A program made the position numbers and the translations under genes. Source: Promethearchaeota archaeon (GTDB taxonomy: Archaea; Asgardarchaeota; Lokiarchaeia; Sigyniarchaeales; SOKP01). From it: a DNA stretch of 32,000 nt. Below, piece by piece: positions 18,568 through 27,478 of this stretch (its first letter is position 1; every line of letters starts with the position of its first letter). The stretch is from NCBI GenBank assembly GCA_030606485.1, contig JAUWGH010000002.1, positions 180,001 through 212,000 of the forward strand, in the 5' to 3' direction. The notes under the pieces were generated by a model that was not told where the DNA came from, searched no databases, and saw nothing but the letters and a program-made list of their open reading frames with translations.

Positions 18568-19476
18568 ATGATAGAATTTGAAAAAGAACAAAAAGTATTA
18601 ACGATAGGAAATATTAAAATTGGTGGTCAACCAGGAGAAAATCCGAATGTATGTATCGGTTCTGTTTTTTATGAGGGACATTCTGCTCTTCTTGATGAAA
18701 AAACTGGTAAAATTGATAAAAAGTTAGTTGAACAAGAGCTTAATGAATTTGTTGATGTTTGTGAAAAAAATTCAATCCCATTTATCATTGATATTGTTGG
18801 CTCTTATGAGGAACCATTATATAAAGAATGTATATACATATCGGATTTGGTGGATTGTCCATTTTTAGTGGATGGAATAAATGATTCATCAAGAGTTCCA
18901 GTTATGGAAAAATTGGCTGAGAATGGACTGTTAGATCGGGCGATTTTAAATAGCATAGATGAAAGCACTAAGGATGAATCTCTTGAAAAATTTAAAGAAA
19001 TAGGTGTAAAAAATACTGTTATTTTAACATTTGGGAGTCGTTATGTTTTTCCAAAGCAGAAATTAAAATTTTTACGGGAGACTCTATTACCAAAAGCAAA
19101 TAAAGCGGGAATAGAAAATTGTCTTATTGATACTGGAGTATTAGATTTACCCTCTATCTCTATAAACGCAAATACTTCATTTATGATAAAAAATGAATTC
19201 GGATTGCCAGCCGGATGCGCGCCAGCCAATGCTGTTTATGCATGGAAATCAGTCAAACAATTTGGGAAAGAAGCAAGGATAAGTGCAATTACATCCGCTT
19301 CGATATATTGTATAGTTTCAGGAAGTGATTTTGTTTTATTTGGACCAATTAAATTTGGAAAATATATAGTTCCATCAGTTGCTTTAATTGTATCAATGAA
19401 TTCTTATTATAGAAAAAGAGTTTTACGAAAAGAGATAGCAGAAAATAATCCATTATATAAAATCTTTAGAGATTAA
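18568..19476 (+). CDS. mtrH: MtrH/MtgA-family pterin-binding methyltransferase (stand-alone)
   Basis: KIGGQPGENP..IGSVFYEGH, RAILNSI, LIDTGVLD, GCAPAN, SDFVLFGPI. Confidence 0.88.
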   Translation: MIEFEKEQKVLTIGNIKIGGQPGENPNVCIGSVFYEGHSALLDEKTGKIDKKLVEQELNEFVDVCEKNSIPFIIDIVGSYEEPLYKECIYISDLVDCPFLVDGINDSSRVPVMEKLAENGLLDRAILNSIDESTKDESLEKFKEIGVKNTVILTFGSRYVFPKQKLKFLRETLLPKANKAGIENCLIDTGVLDLPSISINANTSFMIKNEFGLPAGCAPANAVYAWKSVKQFGKEARISAITSASIYCIVSGSDFVLFGPIKFGKYIVPSVALIVSMNSYYRKRVLRKEIAENNPLYKIFRD

Positions 19477-19481
19477 GATAA

Positions 19482-20993
19482 TTAGGAAATATATCGAATA
19501 ATTAAATCCTGAGTTTTTTCTAAAAGTAAAGGTAAGAACTCATCAATTTTTTCATTTTTTTCTTCATTATCCACGAAAAAAAGAAAGAACATTGGATTAT
19601 TTTCAATTATTGTCTTTTTTATTATTATTATATCATCAGGACTTATTTTATAAATTGCTTCATTTATATCCGTTTCTCTAAACCTTTCAAAAATCTTATA
19701 TAAATTAGTTATTTGTGGTGCCAAAATTTCAAAAACACTCTTAACAGAGGCTTTTAAAGGTTGTGATTCAGAGAAAATATATTTTATTTCACCAAGTAAT
19801 GAAGGACTATAAAAGTCAGCAAGTACTAGCCCTTGTTCATTCATTAACATTGAGATTTTTATGCCAATATCTTCAGAGAATCTACTTAAATTAAAGTTTA
19901 TTAATTTCCTGTTAGGAGATAATAATGATAATCCATGAGAATATGCTCTCAATATCGTATATACTGAAAAAATACTTGTTAAGAAATATTCAATATTTAA
20001 TTGTTTTTCTTGATTTATCTCTTCAATTTTTTTGACAATTTGATAAACTACATCCTTTATTTCAGTTGTTTCTTTTATATCTGGATCAACTTTGGAAATT
20101 ATGATTAACACTGGAATTTCTTGTTCATATTTTTTAATATTTTCGAGAATTTGGTTAAAAAATTGAAGACTTTCATCGATTCTTTTGGGATCTCTAATAT
20201 CTATGAAGTAATAAATTAAATCCGCATCATACAAATAGATTGGAGCCCTATTAAGAAATTTATCTCTTGATTTTTCTTGGCCAGATAAGTCCCACGTGAA
20301 AACATGACTGCCGAATGTTTCAAGATGTTTAATTTCTGCTCCTAATGTAGGTTTTAAACCTAATAATTTGGAATATTTTCGATCAATAGTTAATAAAAAG
20401 GATGTTTTTCCGGAATTATCTAGTCCAGTAAGAATAATTTTTAACTTTCTTGAAGAAGTTAGAGGTAAAGTGGGGTTTTTCTCAATTTCTAGCAAATTAT
20501 TGGTTAATTTTAAAAAAGTTGGTTCTAATATCTTGTTATCTACATAACCATTATTAATTTTTTCGTCAATTTCGGCTACAACTTCCAATATAAATGGTTT
20601 TAGCCTCTCAATATTATTATAAATAAAACTTCTTTTATTTTCATCAATTAGTATTGATAATGTTGAGGCAATTGGTCTCTCTAAAAAGCTGGTTTTTATA
20701 AAATGAAAAAACACTAAACTGGAAATCCGGAAATCAGGAAAGGGTATAATTCCGAAATAATTATAATCGGAAATTTCATTATCAGTAAATAATAAAGAAA
20801 GACTTTTAATCGAAATTTGATAAATATCTCTTAAACTCTGCTTAAATGCCCCACCTTCATTTTGGTTAGTATCACATTCATCTAAATTGGATAAGATTGA
20901 TTCAGGAAATATATATTTAGGCTCAGGTCCACGGTCACCATAAACAGAAAGTACAACTCCTTTTATACAACTTTCTTCGGGTATCTCTCTCAT
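19482..20993 (-). CDS. Longin(uDENN-like)-Rag-type GTPase-roadblock fusion, paralog B
   Basis: N-terminal VVLSVYGDRGPEP and YFGIIPFPD. G1 GLDNSGKTS, G2 PTLG, G3 WDLSGQ, G4 SKVD, G5 TSIF. C-terminal LLSPN..MLMNEQGLVLA roadblock-like domain. Confidence 0.85.
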   Translation of the reverse strand: MREIPEESCIKGVVLSVYGDRGPEPKYIFPESILSNLDECDTNQNEGGAFKQSLRDIYQISIKSLSLLFTDNEISDYNYFGIIPFPDFRISSLVFFHFIKTSFLERPIASTLSILIDENKRSFIYNNIERLKPFILEVVAEIDEKINNGYVDNKILEPTFLKLTNNLLEIEKNPTLPLTSSRKLKIILTGLDNSGKTSFLLTIDRKYSKLLGLKPTLGAEIKHLETFGSHVFTWDLSGQEKSRDKFLNRAPIYLYDADLIYYFIDIRDPKRIDESLQFFNQILENIKKYEQEIPVLIIISKVDPDIKETTEIKDVVYQIVKKIEEINQEKQLNIEYFLTSIFSVYTILRAYSHGLSLLSPNRKLINFNLSRFSEDIGIKISMLMNEQGLVLADFYSPSLLGEIKYIFSESQPLKASVKSVFEILAPQITNLYKIFERFRETDINEAIYKISPDDIIIIKKTIIENNPMFFLFFVDNEEKNEKIDEFLPLLLEKTQDLIIRYIS

Positions 20994-21020
20994 TAGTTAA
21001 TATTATACAAACAATGGCTA

Positions 21021-21105
21021 AAAAAAATTTGTATTGTAATAAACATAAAAATAAACATAAAAACATAAAAACATAAAAAAATTTGTATTGTAATAAACAT
21101 AAAAA
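21021..21105. repeat. 31-bp exact direct repeat (period 54) with internal AAACATAA tandem units, in a divergent intergenic region
   Basis: AAAAAAATTTGTATTGTAATAAACATAAAAA at 21021-21051 and 21075-21105; AAACATAA at 21041, 21053, 21061, 21069 and 21095. Confidence 0.9.
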
Positions 21106-21114
21106 AAAATAGGT

Positions 21115-22071
21115 ATGATTGAGAAATTAGCTGAAAATATAAGAAATAATGTTGAGATAATCCAAAAACAATCATTAAATCATATTGTAGATTTTGTTAG
21201 GGCAAAATCATATAAAAGTGAAAGGATCTACAGCGATTACGGGGAAGATAGCGCTTCTATTAAAGAAAATGAGAAGTTATTATTATTCACAACTGATGGA
21301 ATTCGTTCCGAATTTGTCAAAAATTTTCCTTATGGGGCAGGATTTAGTGCAATAATGGTAAGTGTTGACGATATTTATGCATGCGGAGGAACTCCTCTAG
21401 CAGCGAGTTTAGTGGTCAATTATAATAAAGAAAAAATTGGTAACGAAATATTTAGAGGAGCTTGCGAAGGTTCCCGAAAATTTAAAGTTCCAATTATTAG
21501 GGGACATACTAATCAAAACTCAGCGATTTGTTCTCTAGCAATAAGCATGGTTGGAGAAATAAAAAAAGAGGATTATATTTCTGCCGGAAATGCTCAAATT
21601 GATGACGACATAATATTAATTGCTGACTTTGATGGAAGACCAGGAAGGGCCAGTAAATATTATTGGGATACGGCTACGTTTAAGACTTCTGAACAAATAT
21701 TGTATTCAAGAAAAAGTTTGAATGAAGTTGCCTCTAAACATCTATTAAACTCCTCTAAGGATATATCAAACGGAGGTATATTTGGCACATTGTATCAATT
21801 ACTATCATATTCAGAAGTAGGAGCTAAGATCGACATAGATTTAATTATTCTTCCAGAGCTTCTGAAAGATTTAAATTATTCAATTTTTGATTATTCTAAA
21901 ATGTACTTAACTACTTCTTTCATAACTACATGCAAGGAGAGAAATACAGAAGAGGTAATTAATTTATTTAAACGATATAATCTAGAAGCACATAAAATTG
22001 GAATAGTAATTAAAAAAAAAAAATTATATATATATAATAATAAGGAAGAAACTATTTTATTTGATCTATAG
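21115..22071 (+). CDS. AIR synthase/PurM-like ATP-binding protein (methanogenesis marker 2 / sll0787-like)
   Basis: YGEDSA, LLFTTDGI, DDIYACGGTP, IRGHT, KDISNGG. Confidence 0.8.
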   Translation: MIEKLAENIRNNVEIIQKQSLNHIVDFVRAKSYKSERIYSDYGEDSASIKENEKLLLFTTDGIRSEFVKNFPYGAGFSAIMVSVDDIYACGGTPLAASLVVNYNKEKIGNEIFRGACEGSRKFKVPIIRGHTNQNSAICSLAISMVGEIKKEDYISAGNAQIDDDIILIADFDGRPGRASKYYWDTATFKTSEQILYSRKSLNEVASKHLLNSSKDISNGGIFGTLYQLLSYSEVGAKIDIDLIILPELLKDLNYSIFDYSKMYLTTSFITTCKERNTEEVINLFKRYNLEAHKIGIVIKKKKLYIYNNKEETILFDL

Positions 22072-22085
22072 GTATAAAGTTATTT

Positions 22086-22850
22086 GTGAAAATTCGTATG
22101 CAATTTAATATCTCAAAAAGAGAATTATCGATCTTTATTATTCTTCTTTTCTCATTTAATTTGATAAATTTATTATTTCTCAATTTTAATAATGTTAATT
22201 CATATGAAATCAATTTTGAAACTAAGAAAATACCGAAAATTTCTCAATCTGAAGCGAGTGAAAACATAAGTGTGGAAATTAAAAGTTATAGTCAATTAAT
22301 TTGGTTTAGTGGCAATATTGTAATAGAAACATCCAGTAATATAACAGGATTCTTAAAAATTGATTTATCAGACGGTTTAGGAGGAAGTTATTTTCAAAAT
22401 TTTCAGCATATTATTCCAATTTCCAATACTTCTGAAAACGAAGTTTTTGAGATTCCAATAATCCCTCAGGTTTATATATTCCCCGGAATGTATAATCTAT
22501 CACTTATTATTAATTATATTCCAGTAATAGATTCTATAGATGAAGATATAATATTATCTAGCCATTTACAGATTAATGTTGGATTAGGACCTCCAATACT
22601 AATAATATTGATTATTATATTTGGAATATCATTTACATTAATTCTTACAAAAAGAGAAACGATAAAAGAAGAGATTTTAACCTATGAACCAGAAAAACAA
22701 ATCGAAGCTGCATTAGATGCACCTCAAGGTAAGATTAAATGCCCAGAATGCAAAAAAATAATAAATGAAGGTTTAACATTTTGTCCAGAATGTGGGAATA
22801 GGATTCCAGAATTTTTTAGATATCATCCGGAAACCCCTGGTCCTAGTTAG
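22086..22850 (+). CDS. Membrane protein: N-terminal TM/signal, extracellular beta domain, TM helix, C-terminal Zn ribbon
   Basis: Hydrophobic segments near residues 14-32 and 168-187; CPECKK...CPECG at the C-terminus. Confidence 0.75.
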   Translation: MKIRMQFNISKRELSIFIILLFSFNLINLLFLNFNNVNSYEINFETKKIPKISQSEASENISVEIKSYSQLIWFSGNIVIETSSNITGFLKIDLSDGLGGSYFQNFQHIIPISNTSENEVFEIPIIPQVYIFPGMYNLSLIINYIPVIDSIDEDIILSSHLQINVGLGPPILIILIIIFGISFTLILTKRETIKEEILTYEPEKQIEAALDAPQGKIKCPECKKIINEGLTFCPECGNRIPEFFRYHPETPGPS

Positions 22851-22923
22851 CTGTCTATGCAAATTGAATTATAAGCATTATTTTTAATTTGAAATTTAAA
22901 AAAATTTGTAATGTATATTAAAA

Positions 22924-23439
22924 ATGAATTTTAATTACAAAGGAATTATCTCCGTAATAGGGAGTAGTGAAATAGATTCTGAAACCGCTGAAAAGGCTCG
23001 AAAAATTGGTCAATTAATTGCAAAGAATAGATATATTCTTGCATGTGGGGGAATGGGAGGAGTAATGGAAGCTGCATGTAAGGGATGTAAAGAAGAGAAT
23101 GGTTTAACTATCGGAATTTTACCGACAGGAAATAAATATAATGCCAATCCATATGTTGATATTAAAATTCCAACAGCGCTTGGACATGCAAGAAATACAA
23201 TAGTTGCTTTAACAGGTGATGGAATTATAGCTGTGGCTGGAAATGCTGGTACTTTAAGTGAGATCTGTTTTGCATGGGTATATAATAAACCAATTTGTGT
23301 ATTAACTAATGTGAAGGGATGGTCATCTAAAATGGCAAATCAAAAATTAGATCATAGAAGAAAGGAAAAAATTCATGGAGCTAATACTCCGGAAGAGGCA
23401 GTAAAAAAGATAATTGAACTAATTGAAACTCATGAATGA
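22924..23439 (+). CDS. LOG family (TIGR00725-like) putative nucleotide phosphoribohydrolase
   Basis: CGGMGGVMEAACKG, TIGILP, GHARN, GNAGTLSEI. Confidence 0.9.
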   Translation: MNFNYKGIISVIGSSEIDSETAEKARKIGQLIAKNRYILACGGMGGVMEAACKGCKEENGLTIGILPTGNKYNANPYVDIKIPTALGHARNTIVALTGDGIIAVAGNAGTLSEICFAWVYNKPICVLTNVKGWSSKMANQKLDHRRKEKIHGANTPEEAVKKIIELIETHE

Positions 23440-23467
23440 AACATTCCAAAAATAAATTTGTAAAGTC

Positions 23468-24244
23468 CTAGGTATGATATTCCTTCTTTTTCTTTTTTTT
23501 ACCTGACGAAGACCACCCACCAGAACCTCCAATAGCATCAGCACCTGCAATTGCTGCAGCAATAATGAGAACAACAATTAGAATTATAACAACAAATATC
23601 AATAAAAAGCATAAGATTCTGAATGCAATAAATATCCAGAAATCATCTTTTATTTTTTTTGTCATTATTGTACCATATAACATAATGATTAAGGATATAC
23701 TAATTAAATATATCATAGAAATTAGAATTACAATCCAATTAGTGATTGCCATGACAAAAATATAAAATAGTAACACCAATATTATGCCTATTGCTATTAA
23801 AAGGAATTGAAGCCAAAAGTATCCAGCTGTAAGAAATTTATCCTTTAAGATAAGCCCTATTATTAATATAATTGCTGTTCCCCATACTGCTAAACTCACA
23901 AAAACATGAACATATATCGAAAAATCCGAAAGCCATATGAATATAGGAACGCTAAGGACTCCGGCAGTAAAAGCGAACATAAAATAAATAATGAGTCCAG
24001 AAATATTTTTTCCTTTCCGGGAAACAACATAAAATATAACGAATAAAATAGCATTTAGGATAACCATTATAACATATATGGCACCAATATCCAATAATGG
24101 CGCTATTTCTGTGAAAACTATGCCAAAAAGGATTTCACTAATTAACCAAATTAAAGATCCAATAAATATTGTTGGCATTACTTTTTGTAAAAATACTGTA
24201 CGTTTAGAATCAGTAAGAATATATTTAGAGGTCATTTTTAACAA
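23468..24244 (-). CDS. Seven-TM membrane protein, Bax inhibitor-1/YccA-like
   Basis: R.VFLQKV at the start of TM1, FMFAFTAGVLSVP in TM3, about seven hydrophobic helices. Family call is by resemblance only. Confidence 0.55.
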   Translation of the reverse strand: MLKMTSKYILTDSKRTVFLQKVMPTIFIGSLIWLISEILFGIVFTEIAPLLDIGAIYVIMVILNAILFVIFYVVSRKGKNISGLIIYFMFAFTAGVLSVPIFIWLSDFSIYVHVFVSLAVWGTAIILIIGLILKDKFLTAGYFWLQFLLIAIGIILVLLFYIFVMAITNWIVILISMIYLISISLIIMLYGTIMTKKIKDDFWIFIAFRILCFLLIFVVIILIVVLIIAAAIAGADAIGGSGGWSSSGKKKKKKEYHT

Positions 24245-24431
24245 TCCTAAATATCTATTAAATTGATAATTAAATTATTATCATTCATGGATTTAAAAAG
24301 TTATTGATAAAAAGATTTTAAATTAATTTTTTTTAAAAAATATCAGTCAATAATTTAAATTTGTTTTTTTTATTATATATAAGCGAAATTGTTTTATTAA
24401 AAATATATAGTTAAAAATTATAAAATTCAAT

Positions 24432-25376
24432 ATGCAATATCTAAAAACCGAAGAATTAGCTAAAAAAATTTTGTTTACAGGTTTAGACTTCGCAGGAAAG
24501 AGCTCAATTATTCTTGCTCTACAGAAAGAATTTTCAAAGATAGCTATACTCAAACCTACTCGAGGCGCAGAGAGGAGTGTATTCACATTTTTAGGATATG
24601 AATTTAGTACTTGGGACCTCGGAGGTCAGCAGGCTTACAGAATTAATTATTTGCGAAATCCGAGTAAATTTTTTGATAAGACTGAAATTGCAATTTATGT
24701 AATTGACATTCAAGATTCAGCACGCTTTGATGATGCAATTAGATATTTGAAGGATGTTATTAAGCAATTTAAAGAACTCGAAATTGCACCTCCAATCTAT
24801 ATTTTCTTCCATAAAACTGATCCAGCATTAATTAAAGAATCAAGGACAGATTTAAACAATTTAATATTAGATCTTACTGAAAAAATTAATAATACAATAG
24901 AATATGAGAAAATTAAATTTTATGAAACATCTATTTATGATTTATATTCTATTATAGAAGCTATTTCAGAAATTTTACTTAATCTTTATCCAAAATCCAA
25001 CCTTATTGATAAGACTCTTTTTGAATTTGGGAAAAAAATTGAGGCAGAAGGACTTATGATCTTAGATGATAATTCATTACTTGTTGGGAGGTATTATTCG
25101 AATGATGAAATTAGGCAGATTTTAAGTGCGAGTTCTCCATATTTCCTAACATTACACGATAGGTTCAATGAAGCAGACATTGAAAAATCATCAAAAAAAG
25201 AGGATAAAGGTATGGTTGTGCAAAGAATGGGGAAATATTTTATGTTTAATGAAATTAAATTCCGTTCTGATCCGGGGGGACGATATTATCTGTTGGTTGC
25301 GAAAAATACTCCTTGGTTCGATCCAAATTTAATAAATGAATTTGTTGAAATTTTCCAAGATATTTTTATAATTTAA
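24432..25376 (+). CDS. Rag/Gtr-type small GTPase with C-terminal roadblock-like domain
   Basis: G1 GLDFAGKSS, G2 PTRG, G3 WDLGGQ, G4 HKTD, G5 TSIYD, then LYP..LMILDDNSLLVG. Confidence 0.88.
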   Translation: MQYLKTEELAKKILFTGLDFAGKSSIILALQKEFSKIAILKPTRGAERSVFTFLGYEFSTWDLGGQQAYRINYLRNPSKFFDKTEIAIYVIDIQDSARFDDAIRYLKDVIKQFKELEIAPPIYIFFHKTDPALIKESRTDLNNLILDLTEKINNTIEYEKIKFYETSIYDLYSIIEAISEILLNLYPKSNLIDKTLFEFGKKIEAEGLMILDDNSLLVGRYYSNDEIRQILSASSPYFLTLHDRFNEADIEKSSKKEDKGMVVQRMGKYFMFNEIKFRSDPGGRYYLLVAKNTPWFDPNLINEFVEIFQDIFII

Positions 25377-25553
25377 AAAAGTAAAAACTCGGTTTTTTAT
25401 AAATTCAACATATCTACATTTTTATTAGATTATTGAAGAAAAAATATTTAACTTTTAATTATTATATTTCAGTTAGAGAAATTTTGTTTCTCCTTCATGA
25501 AAGTGTTCCATAATAAAAGAACGACAGGAAAACTAAAGATTAGTGAGATTTGA

Positions 25554-26495
25554 TTGATTATATGCCCAAATTGTGGAAGCACCAACGAAAATAAGTCCCA
25601 ATATTGCCGAAAATGCGGTTCATCAATTTCGAATGTGTTTTCTCCACCAAAAGTAAAAATTCCGATCTTTAATTCTGTAAATAAAGAAATTATTGGGGAT
25701 AAACGAAAGAATAGAAATGATTTAAAATCCATTCAGAGAGATACTAAAGTACCTCTAAAACAAGTAGAGCAAAATAATATATGGACTCCAGATATTCCTG
25801 ATAATGAGAAACGTGATTTTAATCTCAAAGAAATACCAAAGATTTCAGAGATTGATGGACCTTCAATAAAAGAAGGAAGACCTACTTCAATATTACAAGA
25901 AATACCTCCACAACCCTTTTCACTTCAAAGTATTCCATTAACTTATAATAAAAAGCAATCTTCCCAAGTTCAAAATATACAATCTCCAAAAAGAGAAGAG
26001 ATATCTTCGGCAATGACGAATGCAATGCAAGCCCTTACAAAAAATCTTTCATCTAAAAAAAAGCCAATGAGAACTTTACCAGAATCTCTTAAAACTCAAC
26101 AGGAAATAAAATATGAGGAAATCAGCTCCAACAATTTGGATGAAATATTAAAAAATATATCAAGATTAGATAAGAATATAGAAGCTTCGGCAATTATTAA
26201 CCCTGATGGAGTGATATTATCTTCCGCACTTTCAGGAAGAGTAAATAACTCGTTGTTTGCCTCAATTGGAAAAACATTATCAGTATTAGGTAATGATATA
26301 GTTAATGCATTAAATACCGGTGCTTTAAAATCCGTTACAATTAATGGAACTCATGGAAAATTTAGTTTATCGCCAATAGTCAGTGATGTTCTTCTTTTAA
26401 TTTTAAGTGGTCCGAAAGTGAAGGCAGGAATCATACATTTAGCTGTTAGCTTATTTAAAAAGAAATTTAAATCATATACGGAAAAGAAAAAATAA
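25554..26495 (+). CDS. Zn-ribbon, low-complexity linker and roadblock/LAMTOR-like domain protein
   Basis: TTG start; CPNC...CRKC; P/Q/S/K-rich linker; C-terminal IEASAIINPDGVILSS...LKSVTINGTHG roadblock pattern. Confidence 0.85.
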   Translation: MIICPNCGSTNENKSQYCRKCGSSISNVFSPPKVKIPIFNSVNKEIIGDKRKNRNDLKSIQRDTKVPLKQVEQNNIWTPDIPDNEKRDFNLKEIPKISEIDGPSIKEGRPTSILQEIPPQPFSLQSIPLTYNKKQSSQVQNIQSPKREEISSAMTNAMQALTKNLSSKKKPMRTLPESLKTQQEIKYEEISSNNLDEILKNISRLDKNIEASAIINPDGVILSSALSGRVNNSLFASIGKTLSVLGNDIVNALNTGALKSVTINGTHGKFSLSPIVSDVLLLILSGPKVKAGIIHLAVSLFKKKFKSYTEKKK

Positions 26496-26515
26496 TAATC
26501 TCTAATTGCTGAATT

Positions 26516-27343
26516 TTAAAATTTATTTGTTAAATTTTTTTGAATTGTTATATTAGTGATTATTTCATAAATAAAAAATTTTTCGTTGAAATCAAATTCT
26601 TGGATGAATCTGTTTAAATGAAAAATAGATACAATAGGAACTTGAATGTAACTTAATTTAACTTTATTCTCAATTAATGTTACAATCATTGGAATAAGTT
26701 TAAAGGGCATAAATGCTTTTATTTTTTGGAGCTCATTCTGATTTAAAAGTTTAGTTATTAATTTGGATATTACATCAGGATTTTTTATTAAGGCATGCAT
26801 TCTTCTTGATTGGAGCTTTGATGCTTTATTAATTGCTGATAAATTATTTGTTCTACAATTCCAATGTTTTGCATCAATTAAAAGAATCAGTCTTCCTAAC
26901 ATGGCAATTACATCTATTTCATATCGTTTTTGATTAGTTTTTCGACTATAATTTGAATGGTCAGTAAATCTAAAGTTCTTAATAACTCTAAATTCATATT
27001 TATCAAAAATTTTTGAAACTAAGTCTTCAAATTCTTCCCAGTTTAGTAATTTTGATAATTTTGAAATATCTATATCTAAATATTTTACAGCTTCTAAAAT
27101 AAAAAGAGATTTTTTAACTTCAATATGACTTTTCCGGAATGTAAGCCCACAATTAGTAGATGTTAAAAAAATTTTTATTAATTCGATATCATTTTGTGAA
27201 AAATCCTCAAAAAAACCATAATCGATATTGATATAAATACCAAGATCTTGAAATTCAGAAGGCTCAAATTTACGGATATGATTATATATATGTCGAATAA
27301 ATTTAGTTAGTTTTTCATACTTATCAGAAATTGAATTAACCAT
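26516..27343 (-). CDS. PD-(D/E)xK nuclease (restriction endonuclease/NERD-like)
   Basis: LNWEEFEDLV..IF, EIDVIA, LIDAKHW. Confidence 0.8.
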   Translation of the reverse strand: MVNSISDKYEKLTKFIRHIYNHIRKFEPSEFQDLGIYINIDYGFFEDFSQNDIELIKIFLTSTNCGLTFRKSHIEVKKSLFILEAVKYLDIDISKLSKLLNWEEFEDLVSKIFDKYEFRVIKNFRFTDHSNYSRKTNQKRYEIDVIAMLGRLILLIDAKHWNCRTNNLSAINKASKLQSRRMHALIKNPDVISKLITKLLNQNELQKIKAFMPFKLIPMIVTLIENKVKLSYIQVPIVSIFHLNRFIQEFDFNEKFFIYEIITNITIQKNLTNKF

Positions 27344-27478
27344 TAAATCTCAGAGATTAATTTTTAGAATAATAATTTAAGGATTAATTTTTTTAACTTT
27401 TTAATAATTTATAATACCAAGAGCTAAAACATTTATTAAATTTTTATCAAAGTTCTATTGATTGAAAAGGAGTAAAAC

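Noticed and set aside
18568-19476. Evidence of methanogenesis
   Set aside because: MtrH alone and marker-2-like proteins occur in non-methanogens; no mcr or other mtr subunits are present here.
21021-21105. Possible CRISPR mini-array
   Set aside because: Only two repeats, the 23-nt spacer is itself made of the repeat's AAACATAA unit, and there are no cas genes or leader in the window.
20993-21175. 60-aa hydrophobic minus-strand ORF
   Set aside because: Its FMFITIQIF repeats are just the translation of the intergenic DNA repeat, and it overlaps the start of the 21115 gene.
21115-22071. Selenophosphate synthetase SelD or a selenoprotein
   Set aside because: No N-terminal Cys/Sec-x-x-Lys motif. 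I found no in-frame TGA interrupting a recognisable domain anywhere in the window; the TGA ending the LOG gene falls at its natural end.
26516-27343. Restriction-modification or defence island
   Set aside because: A lone PD-(D/E)xK gene with no methyltransferase or other defence genes nearby; such solo nucleases are common in archaea.
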